NCBI RefSeq assembly: GCF_004010195.1
Contig: NC_057711.1
Coordinates: forward strand, 70,232,992-70,296,991
From: Chiloscyllium plagiosum
Taxonomy: Eukaryota
DNA length: 64,000 nucleotides
Direction of reading: 5' to 3'
Shown: positions 1 to 11,812 of the stretch, piece by piece
Numbering within the stretch: position 1 is the first letter of the stretch
How the letters are laid out: every line of letters starts with the position of its first letter
The notes under the pieces: model-generated
The model's database searches: none
What the model was told of the DNA's origin: nothing
The model's input: only the letters and a program-made list of their open reading frames with translations
Made by a program: the position numbers and the translations under genes

Positions 1-148
1 CTCCCTCATTATGGGCATTTATGCGGGCATTGGATAGGCATATGGAGGATAGTGGGCTAGTGTAGGTTAGGTGGGCTTGGATCGGCGCAACATCGAGGGC
101 CGAAGGGCCTGTACTGCGCTGTATTCTTCTATGTTCTATATTCTATGT
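1..148 (+). mobile_element. 3' end of a CR1-type LINE (cut by window start)
   Basis: Terminal motif gggccgaagggcctgtactgcgctgta followed by a (TTCTATG)n-like tail. Confidence 0.8.
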
Positions 149-1164
149 AGACCCAGAAAATAGCACTGTCTTGCAGTAATCCTGCAGAACAGATCTCCTC
201 CTCATTGTGAAACCTGTTAAACTTTCATCCTATTGGTTTCAATAGGAAGAAAAATCAGACAAGATTTACATTGGATGTGTGATTTGTTCCATTAGACCTG
301 TGCAGATGTAGAAAGTTGTTGCGACTGGGTTGGTTTAGTTACATGCATTCACAAAGATATTTTGATACATACATTGAACCTACAACACAAAGAGTAGTTT
401 ATTCAGCCCCAACTAGCCTATGATGATGTTTCTAGAATACCTAAACCTCTTCCCACATGACTTCAACTGCATACATTTCCCTTCCTTTGCCTTTGACTGC
501 TATCTGGATGTGTCTCACCTAGCCGCTCGGCTGTTGCGGTGAACCTGAGTAATAGACTCTCTGTGGGAGTTCTCCTCCTTATCATTGGAACTCTGGGGCA
601 GTGGGTGCTGCAAGCAATGGTCTCATGTGCAATCATAGGTTAAGTTGCTTCACAGCCTCCCAGGCCGCTTGTAATTTCTGTAGCCTCGAGTTTGTGATTT
701 ATGTTTATGTTAATTGTTGTAGGCTGCAGGCCCTCTGTGTTATTTGAAGAATCTGCTCTTAGATTTGATCTGATGTCTGGATGCCCAGTGTAGTGAGATC
801 CAGGCAGATTGAAGGACAACTTCATGGGTCGAATCCTTGGTCCGGGCCAAGGCAGTCATTGACAGGTTCAGGCTGTGGAGGGGAGGGTCAGTTGCATCAA
901 ATTGCCTGCCTCTTTTCTTTCCCCATGGTTACATCTACATTCTTGGAGAGGGAGAGTATGATTTCCACTGGCTCATTCTGTAACTGATGGACATTGCCAC
1001 AGCTGGGTTGCCTGATCCCATTCAAATAAGATTTGAGTTCAATTTATAAGTTTCTTTTTGTAATGTAATGCTTGTTACAGTGCCTCTTGAGGATGATCTG
1101 CAGTAATTTAGTTTGATTTGTTTATTTATTTAAAATAGTTAGAAAGCGGAATTGGCTGCAATAC

Positions 1165-1292
1165 TCTACCTCAACCGCAAACCATTAGTGGTTTCTGCTG
1201 CAAGATACAACAACTACCAGCTTCTTAGTGGCAATTAACGGTGAGCAACAAATGCTGGCCTTGGCTACATCATCCACATCCTGTTTAAAAAG
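1165..1292 (+). mobile_element. Decayed LINE/SINE 3' tail
   Basis: ggcaattaacggtgagcaacaaatgctggccttggc...catccacatcctg resembles the tail type also seen near 28940-29015 and 51180-51235. Confidence 0.45.
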
Positions 1293-2287
1293 ACAGTTAA
1301 AAATGTAAATCATTGCCATGACTTTGTTTGCTCGGTCTTCCTTGTAATTCTACCAAAATTTGTTGAGTACATGATTAAGGCAATCAAAATGCAATTAAGT
1401 CGAAAAAATGTGGTTAAAGAGCGAATTTCTACAGAGATTCTCCCAATTTTGAGATGCTTCTGTAACATTAGCAAAAAAGCTGTGAAAAACCTTGAAAATG
1501 AGTGTATACCGTTCTTATTATTTTTCTGTCGTCAGTATCTCTTTCAACAAAGATATGACAAGGCAAAACAAAAATGCACACCCCATAGACATTAACAAAT
1601 ATATTGCTATAAAAGAACTTACATTAAAAGATAGAGAGAGAGAAGCAAAGAAAAGTGAAAATAAGTAATCAAGTGACATTACAGTAAATCTGCAGTAGTG
1701 AGTAGACTGGGTTCTTTCTTGATTCTATGTTTTATTGAGATGTATTTCTTGATTAAACTTAAAAAATATAAGCCAGAAGTATTAAGTTAGCCTGGAGCAG
1801 TGTTTTGTAGAGGAATAAGATAGTGCTATTTTCTGGGTCTGTAGATTAAAATAAGCAAAAAAGGTCTTCAGCGGAGTGAGATGCTCTTCTTCTCGGATGT
1901 GGGAGTTTAGGGTGTGTTTACCTGTTACTGAGGATTATATCTGCAATAAATGCTGCTGGTTGTGAAAACTATCAGATTGAATGGATTGGTTGGAGAGGCA
2001 GTTAGAGGCAATGAGGAATTTACAAGAGCAAGGGGATGTGGTGGATAGCAGTTATAGGAAGGGGGAAATCCCAGATACAGTCATATAGATGGGTTAACTC
2101 CAGGAAAGGTAAGAGAGTTGGGCAGCTAGTGCAGGAGTCTTCTGTGGCCATCTCCATTTCAAACAAGTATGCTGTTTTGGAAAATGTAGGAGTTGATGGA
2201 TCGTCAGGGGAATGTAGCACAAACAGCCAAGTTTCTGCTATTGAGACAGGCTTTAATGTAATGAGAGGTACCTCGAGTTCCAAGCCA

Positions 2288-5140
2288 ATAAGAGAAAGCA
2301 TTACAGTTGTACTGAGGGAGGATATTCCCAGAAATACAACCAGGGAAATTATTTAGGTTGAACTGAGAAAAAGGAAAGGGATGATCACCTTATTGGGATT
2401 GTATTACAGACCCCCTAATAGTCAGAGGGAAATTGAGAAACAAATTTGTAGGGAGATCTCAGTTATCTGTAAGAATAATAGGATGATTATGGTAGGTGAT
2501 TTTAACTTTCCAAACATCGACGGAATTGCCATAGTGTTAAAGGTTTAGATGGAGAGGAATTAGTTAAGTATGTACAAGACAATTTTCTGATTCAGTATGT
2601 GGATGTACCTACTAGAGAAGGTGCAAAACCTGACCTACTCTTGGGAAATAAGGCCAGGTAGGTGATTGAGGTGTCGGTGGGGGACCACTTTGGGGCCAGC
2701 GACCATAATTCTATGAGATTTAAAATAGTGATGGAAAAGGATAGACCAGATCTGAAAGTTGAAGTTCTAAATTGGAGTAAGGTTAATTTTGACGGTATTA
2801 GACAAGAACTTTCGAAAGCTAATTGGGCACAGATGTTCACAGGTAAAGAGACGGTTGGAAAATGGGAAGCCTTCAGAAATGAGTTAACGGGAGTTGAGAG
2901 TCAGTATATTCCTCTTAGGCTGCAAGGAAAGGCTGGTAGATGTAGGGAATGCTGGATGACGAAAGAAATTGAGGACTTGGTTAAGAAAAAGAAGGAGGCA
3001 TATGTCAGGTATAGACAGGATAGATCAAGTGAATCCTTAGAAGAGTATAATGGCAGTACAAGTATACTTAAGAGAGAAATCAGGAGGGCAAAAAGGGGAC
3101 ATGAGATAGCTTTGGCAAATAGAATTAAGGAGAATCCAAAGGGTTTTTACAAATACATTAATGACAAAGGGGTAGCTAGAGAGAGACTAGGGCCCCTCAA
3201 AGATCTGCAAGGCGGCCTTTGTGTGGAGTTGCAGGAGATGGAGAGATACTAAACAAGTATTTTAGATTAGATTAGATTAGATTACTTTACAGTGTGGAAA
3301 CAGGCCCTTCGGCCCAACAAGTCCACACCGACCCGCCGAAGCGCAAACCACCCATACCCCTACATTTACCCCTTACCTAACACTACGGACAATTTAACAT
3401 GGCTAATTCACCTAACCTGCACATCTTTGGACCGTGGGAGGAAACCGGAGCACCCGGAGGAAACCCACGCAGACACGGGGAGAATGTGCAAACTCCACAC
3501 AGTCAGTCGCCTGAGGCGGGAATTGAACCCGGGTCTCTGGCGTTGCGAGGCAGCAGTGCTAACCACTGTGCCACGGTGCCGCATTTTGCATCAGTGTTTA
3601 CTGTGGAAAAGGACATGGAAGATATAGAATGTAGGGAAATAGATGGTGACATCTTGAAAAATGCCCATATTACAGAGGTAGAAGTGCTGAATGCTTGAAA
3701 CACATAAAAGTGGATAAACCCCCAGGTATACTCTAGAACTCTGTGGGAAGCTAGAGAAGTGATTGCTGGGCCCCTTGCTGAGATTCTTGTATCATCGATA
3801 GTCACAGGTGAGGTACCAGAAGACTGGAGGTTGACTCACATTGTGTCACTATTTTAGAAGGGTGGTAAGGACAAGCCAGGGAACCATAGACCAGTGAGCC
3901 TGACGTTGGTGGTGGGCAAGTTGTTGGAGGGAATCCTGAGGGACAGGATGTACATGTGTTTGGAAAGGCAAGGACTGATTAGGGATAGTCAACATGGCTT
4001 TATGCGTGGGATCTCATGTCTCACAAACTTGATTGTGTTTTTTGAAGAAGTAACAAAGAGGATTGATGAGGGCAGAGCAGTAGACGTGATCTATATGGAC
4101 TTAGTAAGGTATTTGACAAGGTTCCCCATGGGAGACTGGTTAGCAAGGTTAGATCTCATGGAATGCAGAGAGAACTAACCATTTGGATACAGAACTGGCT
4201 CAAAGATAGAAGACAGAGGATGATGGTGGAAGGTTGTTTTTCAGACTGGAGGCCTTTGACCAGCGGAGTGCCACAAAGATCTGTACTTTTCGTCATTTAC
4301 ATAAATGATTTGGATGTGAGCATAAGAGCATATAGTTAGTAAGTTTTCAGATGACTCCAAAATTGAAGATGTGGTACACAGCGAAGAAGATTACCTCAGA
4401 TTACAACAGAATCTTGACCAGGTGGGCCAATGGGCTGAGGAGTGGCAGATCGAGTTTTATTTAGATAAATGCTAGGGGCTGCATTTTGGGAAAGCAAATC
4501 TTAGCAGGACTTATACACTTAGTGGTAAGGTCCTGTGGAACTTTGCTGAACAAGGAGACGTTGGAGTGAAGGTTCATAGCTCCTTGACAATAGAGTCTCA
4601 GGTAAATAGGATAGTGAAGAAGGCGTTTGGTATGCTTTCCTTTATTGGTCAGAGTACTGAGTACAGGAGTTGGAAGGTCATGTTATGGCTGTACAGGACA
4701 TTGGTTAGGCCACTATTGGAATATTACGTGCAATTCTGGTCTCCTTCCTATTGGAAGGATGTTGTAAATCTTAAAAGGGTTCAGAAAAGATTTACAGGGA
4801 TGTTGCCAGGGTTGGAGGATTTGAGCTATAGGGAGAGGCAAGGTAGGCTGGGCTTTTTTTTTTCTGGAGTGTCTGAAAGTAATGGATGACCTTATAGAGG
4901 TTTATAAAATCATGAAGTGCATGGATAGGGTAAATAGACAAAGTCTTTTCCCTGGGGTGGGTGTGTCCAAAACTGGAGGGCATAGGTTTAGGATGAGAGG
5001 GTAAAGATATAAAAGAGACCTAAGGGGCAACGTTTTCACGCAGAGGGTGGTACGTGTATGGAATGAGCTGCCAGAGGAAGTTGTGGAGGCTCATACAATT
5101 ACATTCAATAGGCATCTGCATAGGTATGTGAATAGGAAGG
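2288..5140 (+). pseudogene. Disrupted CR1 ORF2 (APE endonuclease plus reverse transcriptase)
   Basis: Track ORFs 2662-3252, 3894-4178, 4566-4889 and 5047-5262 are consecutive CR1 ORF2 segments broken by stops, frameshifts and a SINE. Confidence 0.9.
3264..3582 (-). mobile_element. HE1-type (V-SINE) tRNA-derived SINE, young, inserted into CR1 ORF2
   Basis: Minus strand shows an A-box/B-box tRNA head, V-domain tgtgtggagtttgcacattctccccgtg and (TCTAA)n tail; ATTTT is duplicated at 3259-3263 and 3583-3587, and removing the SINE restores CR1 aagtattttgcatcag. Confidence 0.95.
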
Positions 5141-5948
5141 GTTGGAGGGATATGGGCCAGGTGCTGGCAGGTGGAACTAGATTGGGTTGGGATATCTGGT
5201 CAGCATGGACGGGTTGGACTGAAGGGTCTGTTTCCATGCTGTATATCTCTATGACTCTATGAGTGGTTGAGCCAGATGATGCATATGGCATTTGTAAATC
5301 TAACAGTATTAGCATAGCTCTCAGGAGATGACTGACCATTTTTTCCATTGTTTACAGTATTTAATAATTTGGAGGAAATGACAGTAATAAGGCTTTTCAA
5401 ATCTGTACTGAAACACAATGGAGAGATCACAGATAACTTGCGAATGAATGAATCGGATAAGGACTCAGATATGCAAGAAGGCTGTCACTAACTATCACTA
5501 ACACTAAGCTTTCTTGAGAGCAAGTAATGAATCTGCAATCTGAAGTAGAGTAGCTGGAGCATATTATACATGTCTAAAATACGGTAGAAGATACATTTGT
5601 AGTAAGAGAGCTATTAAGAGATAAATGGAATATGTGACCAATGTAATTGGCTCAATAGAAGGTGATATCCTTCCTAATAGCTCTATTAAGCACACCTGTA
5701 TGTTCCTAAAGGCATTAGGTCTAGTGATGGTCTATGTAGCAAGCTACTGGAGCTTACCCAATAGTTCCAAGTCCCTAAAATGATTTACACAACTTTTTCC
5801 TGAAATTTGTCTTTGCTTTTTTTTGTTTCTTACTTTGAGTAACAACGAGGCAAGATGTTGCACAAAATTGAACTATTAAAGGGATAGCATAAGCATTTTA
5901 AGAGCCTGCATTTTTTTCACCTTATCATGTGTAAAGAAAAAATCTTTT

Positions 5949-6009
5949 CAATAGACAATAGATAATAGACAATAGGTGCAGGAGTAGGCCATTCTGCCCT
6001 TCAAGCCAG
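5949..6009 (-). mobile_element. Extremely 5'-truncated CR1 3' end
   Basis: (CAATAGA)n tail followed by ggtgcaggagtaggccattc. Confidence 0.65.
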
Positions 6010-8397
6010 AATACTCTTGCCAGAGTTAAGTATAAAATAATCAGCAATAATTTATTGATATAAGAAATTCTTACTTGCTGCTTTTCTGTGACTATTAATT
6101 TAGAGTTAATTGTTTGTTCTCTTATACTGATTTCAATCCTAGGTACTTTTGTCTTTACTGGACTTTTCCATATACAAAGTGTACACTTTTAATAAAGATA
6201 CTTTGTCCTTAAAACACGTACAGAGCATTTTGAAGAGTGTAGTCAAGCTGTGATAGCCTGTTCATAATAATATTTGTGTTTTAGCATGGTTTATGACTCA
6301 GTTAGGTATGTTAAAGTTATGGATATGGTTAGCATTTGTTAGGTTTGCAGTTAAATGCAGATTTCATATTTGTTCAGCACTATATTGATACTAACTAGAA
6401 TTGAATCCAGCTTTATCTCTTCAGCTAAGATAAGTGGCAGTTTACTTTCAGCTAGAAATAACATCAGTATTCAAGTACCTGTGATCAACTGTGTGCGCAG
6501 TAATTCATCGTATCAATACAGGCTGAATCGACAATATATAACAAATTGATTACATTTCAGTTATACTCCAGTACAAATCCTTATGCATCAATCTGCTGCC
6601 TGATTTTGAGTGCATAAGTCATTTACTGTAGCTACAGGGAACAGAACAATTTTAGCACTGTTTTCAAAAGACTTTTGTTCATTGTTGGTTTGAAAATATA
6701 TGTTAGAGAAAACTTTCTGTCTGTGATGTAGTTCTTAATGCTGTATGGTCTCCTCCTGCATATAACTCTAGGAACCAATTTCTGATATCAATTAAACAGT
6801 AAAAAGTCCCAAGTACACACTATGTTGCTGAAAAGTAGCCATTAACTGGCATAGCCTGTCATTAAGTGATAAGGCCATTTTCAAGGGAAATGCAAACTAA
6901 ATAGAAATTGTAGATTTTTAAAAAAGATATTAGACCCAAGATGTTGTATGAGCTAGAGGTTATCTTTAAGTTTGAATCTTTCAGCATTTATTTTCCCCAC
7001 TCCAGACTGGCTTGAAGGATTATCAAATAAATCCATTATCAAAACACTTCCTTCAGCTAACGTGCGGAGTGCTTGTTTAATGTTGAGCTTCACCATATAC
7101 TCATACTTCCCTCTCACCACCCTCTCACTCTCAACGTACATGTGTCAACACAGGCTGAGGCTGTTGGTACTGTTTTCTACTTTTGCACACCATGTACCTT
7201 GTAAAATCTTGGTACAGCATGGCAGCACAAAGCACTGTCAGATCATTCGTGAAAAAGAATCAGTCCCCACTTCAAGGAAACATTGCATACCAATTTCAGG
7301 ACCCTCTCAGTGAGATTTATATCAGGTTGATGTTCCACGGCAATGAACTTGAAAGTTGGACTGCTTGATCTTTAGATTGCCGATTCCCTCTCTGATCCCT
7401 CTTTTGCTTCCCTTTCTGTCTTTTTCTCTGTTATTTTCTTTCCAATTAAGTGGGAGGTATGGGGGGGGGGGGTGGTGGGGAGGGGGTGGAGGAAGAGTTG
7501 CTGACCTTATGATCTCACTTGATGGCAATACTGAATAGGTCAGAGTCTACAGTGAAATGTAATTTGATAGACCATAGGTTTTATTTTTGTTATTTGCTAA
7601 CCGAAGTGGTCAGTCACTGAGTATACTCTCAAGGCTGTCAATATACTTTGAACAAAATGAACATCAAATTTTTTACACACTGAAGAGAAAACAAAAGAAC
7701 TATTTTACACTCTCAGAGTACAATTTAGAACAATAATTACAAATATCAGAAATAACAATTCAAATCTTTTAATACCAATAAAATTCTTGAACCTGGACCA
7801 AGGGTCGCCCTGTCTCCACGAGTGGCTGTAATTGCTTTCTGGAACCTTCTTATTAATGATTTTTGAACACTTTTTCGGAGAAAACACTTGAGTTTTCCAA
7901 ATCGTCTACTTCTAGCAGTTGTTTGCTTCTGGAGTTTTCTTTTAAACCACTTGGGCCTTCATCCACAGCTCCGACATTTTTGGTGACTGCTAAACTGACA
8001 GTATGCTTTTGCACCGATTGAACCTGGATACACTTTCTGACCTTCTGGATGGAGCTATCTTGCAGTGATAGTGGCAACCGCAAATTTTATTGTTCTACCT
8101 TTTTTTGTCATTTACCGGACTGCTCACTGCAAGCTCTACTGCAGTCTGTAAACCATTAATAAAAATGTATGTATCAGCAAGAGCCAGTAATCCTGGCACC
8201 ACTCTGAGAACAAACCTAAAATGAAATTGAAAACACTTTGCACCTTCTTAACAGACAATACAGAAATACAAATCAAACTTAAAGATACATGTTTTTCTAA
8301 CTTTAGAAACCAAGTTTCCAAATAGTAGTTACTATACATAATGGACAATTATTTCAACATCCTAGCTATTCTGTTCCCATAGCCTCCTCTTCCATGT

Positions 8398-8594
8398 CAA
8401 AGAGTGTGGTTCCAGAAAAGGATGGGCGGTCAGGGAGCATCCAAGGAGCAGGAGAGTCGACATTCCTGATGAAGGACTTATGCTCAAAATGTGGACTCTC
8501 CTGCTCCTTAGATGCTGCCTGACCTGTTATGCTTTTCCAGCACCACACTCTTCGACTCTGATCTCCAGAATCTACAGTCCTCACTTTCTCCTCT
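8398..8594. mobile_element. Fold-back mini Penelope-like element made of inverted pLTR halves
   Basis: The arms aagagtgtgg...gcatccaaggagcaggagagtc and gactctcctgctcc...ccacactctt are inverted copies with a decayed CTGATGA hammerhead between them; flanks tcttccatgt (8388-8397) and tcttccacgt (8595-8604). Confidence 0.85.
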
Positions 8595-8789
8595 TCTTCC
8601 ACGTACTCTCATGGGTAGAGTAAAGAAAATTATATCTTTATGTATATAGCTACTAAGTAGGTACAAAAGGAGCTATATCATAGCAATGTCAGAATCTCTA
8701 TCCTAGGTGTATATGTTTGTAAGGAAGATGTCCTCTCTTACCATCCTCTGTGTATGGCTATGTCTGATATCCCTCGTGCTAATCATTCT

Positions 8790-10360
8790 TCAAAGTGTGG
8801 AAAACATATTACTACACTTGTGACAATGATGACCAGACCCACCGAGCCAGACATGGACACTAAGAGTCTGAAGTGAATCCAAGTAATATGAACCCAGTGA
8901 TCCAAACCTAGAGATGGGGAAATACCACAAGTGAAGCTTAGTGGCGATAACAGCCAGCTAGTGATGGACTTAGAGGGATATTTAGGCACTGAACTATGGA
9001 ATGGAAAAGCTCATGCAGACATCTGAAGAAAATGTGATCAGCTCCAGGAAGGCATCAATTGGTTATAACAGCAAGATGGAAACAAAAGTAATTGGAGATG
9101 GGGAAAAGTAAGTACTCAGAACATGTACTGGAGGCACAAACACAAAGAAAAAGGTTGGAGTTCAATCTACAAAGGAACTCCACTGGCAAGAACCTAATCT
9201 GGCCAGTTTCTAAGAGTGTTACAAGTGGAATGAGGGAAATCAGTAGCTGCAGCAGAAGCTAATTATAGAACAGGCAATGTGAGAGTATCAGCAGCAGGGA
9301 GCTAGGAAGGGAAGAATGAATTCTTGAGGAATGTGATCGGCTCATAACAAGATTCAATATTCTGGATGATATAGCTTGTGATGAATTTTGGTGTAAAGAA
9401 ATTAAAGACATAAGCAGAGAATTTTTAAATTAGATACTGAAACAGACATATTGAACCTTTTGGATGCTAAATGCCACTGAGGCCTAGAATCCAAAGACCA
9501 TCCACTACTACCCTCTAGGGTTTGGGAAAAACAATCAGTGGAAGATGCCAAAGGCATGCTACACTTTGCTTCAGTGGAGATAAACTATAGAGACTTTGTA
9601 TGCAACTCCAAATTATTATGACTCTTTAGTAAATGGAGCTGCCGGTACAGTATTAGATAGCCTTCAGTCAGTAGAGACCAAAGATGTCAGTCCCAGCAAT
9701 GCAAGACACTTCATTCCCCTCAAAACAAAAACCAGAAATGGCAGGAAAAGAGGCCCCGAAAGAAGCAATGGCCAGAAATTAGAGGGCGTCCCAGACGGTG
9801 TTTTGCTTTTCAGAACATTTTTATTGTGATGGAAATCATATACTCCAAACTGAAACTCCAAACCTGCCACTATCTTTGTGTTCAGCAGAAACTATTCCTG
9901 AAAACCCAATTGTCTATTTTGAGGAATATCTGTCCTTTTAGGAAAAGGATAGGAAGTAAAGTGTCTACTTTTTGCACAAAACCTGCACAGGAGATACAAC
10001 AAATACACCTCCAGCCACAAGCAGATGATGAATTTCTTCCCAGAATAGATAGCCAAATCACTGCTGGGAGGTAAGAAGGTAACCTTGCATTAGTTCAAGT
10101 ATTTGAAGCTCCATAAATTTTTAAAGTCACTAATGTGACCAAGTGCCAGTTATAAAAGGCTGTTGTATATCCAGACAAGCATAGTTAGTCCAGCGCTACC
10201 TTGGACAGTTCCTGATACTTGCAGAGCAGAAGAAAAATTTGGTGCCCACCTTTGTAGACAGGGACCTTGTGTTCCTGACATACAGGGTGGTGCTCTTCTC
10301 CCAGGGCTAGCAGTGAAAACCACAATATCAGACTCATGTCAGTTTGGTATGATGTTGCCC
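8790..10360 (+). mobile_element. Highly decayed Gypsy-like LTR retrotransposon internal region
   Basis: Manual translation gives protease-like FKLDTETDILN (~9424-9456), IETLYATPN..SL (~9587), and integrase Zn-region-like VTKCQL*KAVVYP (~10135-10173), in Gypsy order. Confidence 0.5.
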
Positions 10361-10365
10361 CAAGA

Positions 10366-10702
10366 GTCATAGAATCCCTACAGTGTGGAAACAGACTCTT
10401 CAGCCCAACAGGTCCACACCGACCCTCTGAAGAGTAACCCACCCAGACCCATTCCTCTACCCTATCATCCTATATTTACTCCTGACTAATGCACCTAACC
10501 TATACATCCCTGAGCACTATGGTCAATTTAGCATGACCAATTCACCAGACCTGCACATCTTTGGATTGTGGGAGGAAACCAGAGCACCTGGAGGAAACCA
10601 GGGGCAGACACAGGGAGAATGTGCAAACTCCACACAGACAGTAGCCCAAGGTTGGAATCAAACTCAGGTGAAGCAGCAGTACTAACCATTGAGCCACTGT
10701 GC
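10366..10702 (-). mobile_element. HE1-type SINE
   Basis: Same head, V-domain and tail layout as 3264-3582, more diverged; the head motif is partly repeated at 10709-10738. Confidence 0.9.
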
Positions 10703-11281
10703 CATCCTCACTGAGCCACCATGCCGCCCTTCACTGAGTCAATGAAGTCTCAGGGATATGGAGGAATGCATAGTAATATAAGGAGGAGGTTAATGTTCTT
10801 CTCCACTCCGCTCAATAAGTGCCATCATCTTCTCTCCAAAACACACACACTCTATTTCTGTTATTGCCCATGTTCCACCATACTCACTATTGTCTGCAAT
10901 ATCTTCCTTCATCCTCTCTCCCCCACTCCAACTCCATTACCACTAATCCTGCGTGTCCTGTTACTCACTTACTTGAGACACCTCCCCATCTGCATCAAAA
11001 ATACAAGCTGCGCCACCCATTTTCATCTGCCTTAATACCTTCCTTACATTCTAGGAGGAAACAGCCACAAAATGACAGAGAGAATTAAACTGGTGATAGG
11101 CTGTCCAACATTTGGCTCCTCACAACCCAGATGGCCTCCTTCTTCAAGGACCGCAATTTCCCCCCCGACGATGCCCTCCACCGCATCTCTTCCACTTCCC
11201 GCTCCTCCGCCCTTGAGCCCCGCCCCTCCAACCGCCACCAGGACAGAACCCCACTGGCCCCCACCTACCACCCCACCAACC

Positions 11282-11710
11282 NNNNNNNNNNNNNNNNNNN
11301 NNNNNNNNNNNNNNNNNNNNNNNNNNNNNNNNNNNNNNNNNNNNNNNNNNNNNNNNNNNNNNNNNNNNNNNNNNNNNNNNNNNNNNNNNNNNNNNNNNNN
11401 NNNNNNNNNNNNNNNNNNNNNNNNNNNNNNNNNNNNNNNNNNNNNNNNNNNNNNNNNNNNNNNNNNNNNNNNNNNNNNNNNNNNNNNNNNNNNNNNNNNN
11501 NNNNNNNNNNNNNNNNNNNNNNNNNNNNNNNNNNNNNNNNNNNNNNNNNNNNNNNNNNNNNNNNNNNNNNNNNNNNNNNNNNNNNNNNNNNNNNNNNNNN
11601 NNNNNNNNNNNNNNNNNNNNNNNNNNNNNNNNNNNNNNNNNNNNNNNNNNNNNNNNNNNNNNNNNNNNNNNNNNNNNNNNNNNNNNNNNNNNNNNNNNNN
11701 NNNNNNNNNN
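11282..11710. other. Assembly gap (N run)
   Basis: Run of N bases. Confidence 1.
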
Positions 11711-11776
11711 GGAGGCCACATCGGGTGCAGAGGATGCAATAGATGATGTGTGTGGAGGTGCAGGTGCACTTTCCTC

Positions 11777-11812
11777 ATTCCTGAAGAAGGGCTTATGCCC
11801 GAAACGTCGATT
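11777..11812 (+). ncRNA. Minimal type I hammerhead ribozyme in a PLE terminus
   Basis: attc-CTGAAGA-a-GGGC-ttat-GCCC-GAAA-C-GTC-gatt: intact CUGANGA and GAAA core, 4-bp stem II, loopless palindromic stem III (ACGT), predicted cleavage after GUC at 11808. Confidence 0.75.

Larger units (their letters stand above)
1700..5262 (+). mobile_element. Near full-length CR1 LINE, internally deleted, with a nested HE1 SINE
   Basis: Decayed ORF1 N-terminus near 1865-2030 (MWEF...YICNKC, coiled coil); APE motifs LYYRPPNS, VGDFNFP and GASDHNS; RT motifs RPVSLTLVVGKLLE, SQHGF and FSDDSK; 3' UTR ending (CTCTATGA)n. Confidence 0.95.

Noticed and set aside
3500..3582. tRNA genes at SINE heads (also 19721, 40600-40677 and 62172)
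   Set aside because: A and B boxes are present, but they continue into the V-domain SINE body and do not form a full cloverleaf.
9814..10070. Apparent coding exon (ttttcag|...gag|gtaag with an open frame)
   Set aside because: It lies within collinear Gypsy-like motifs and the peptide resembles no host protein I recognise. Exonisation cannot be excluded without RNA data.
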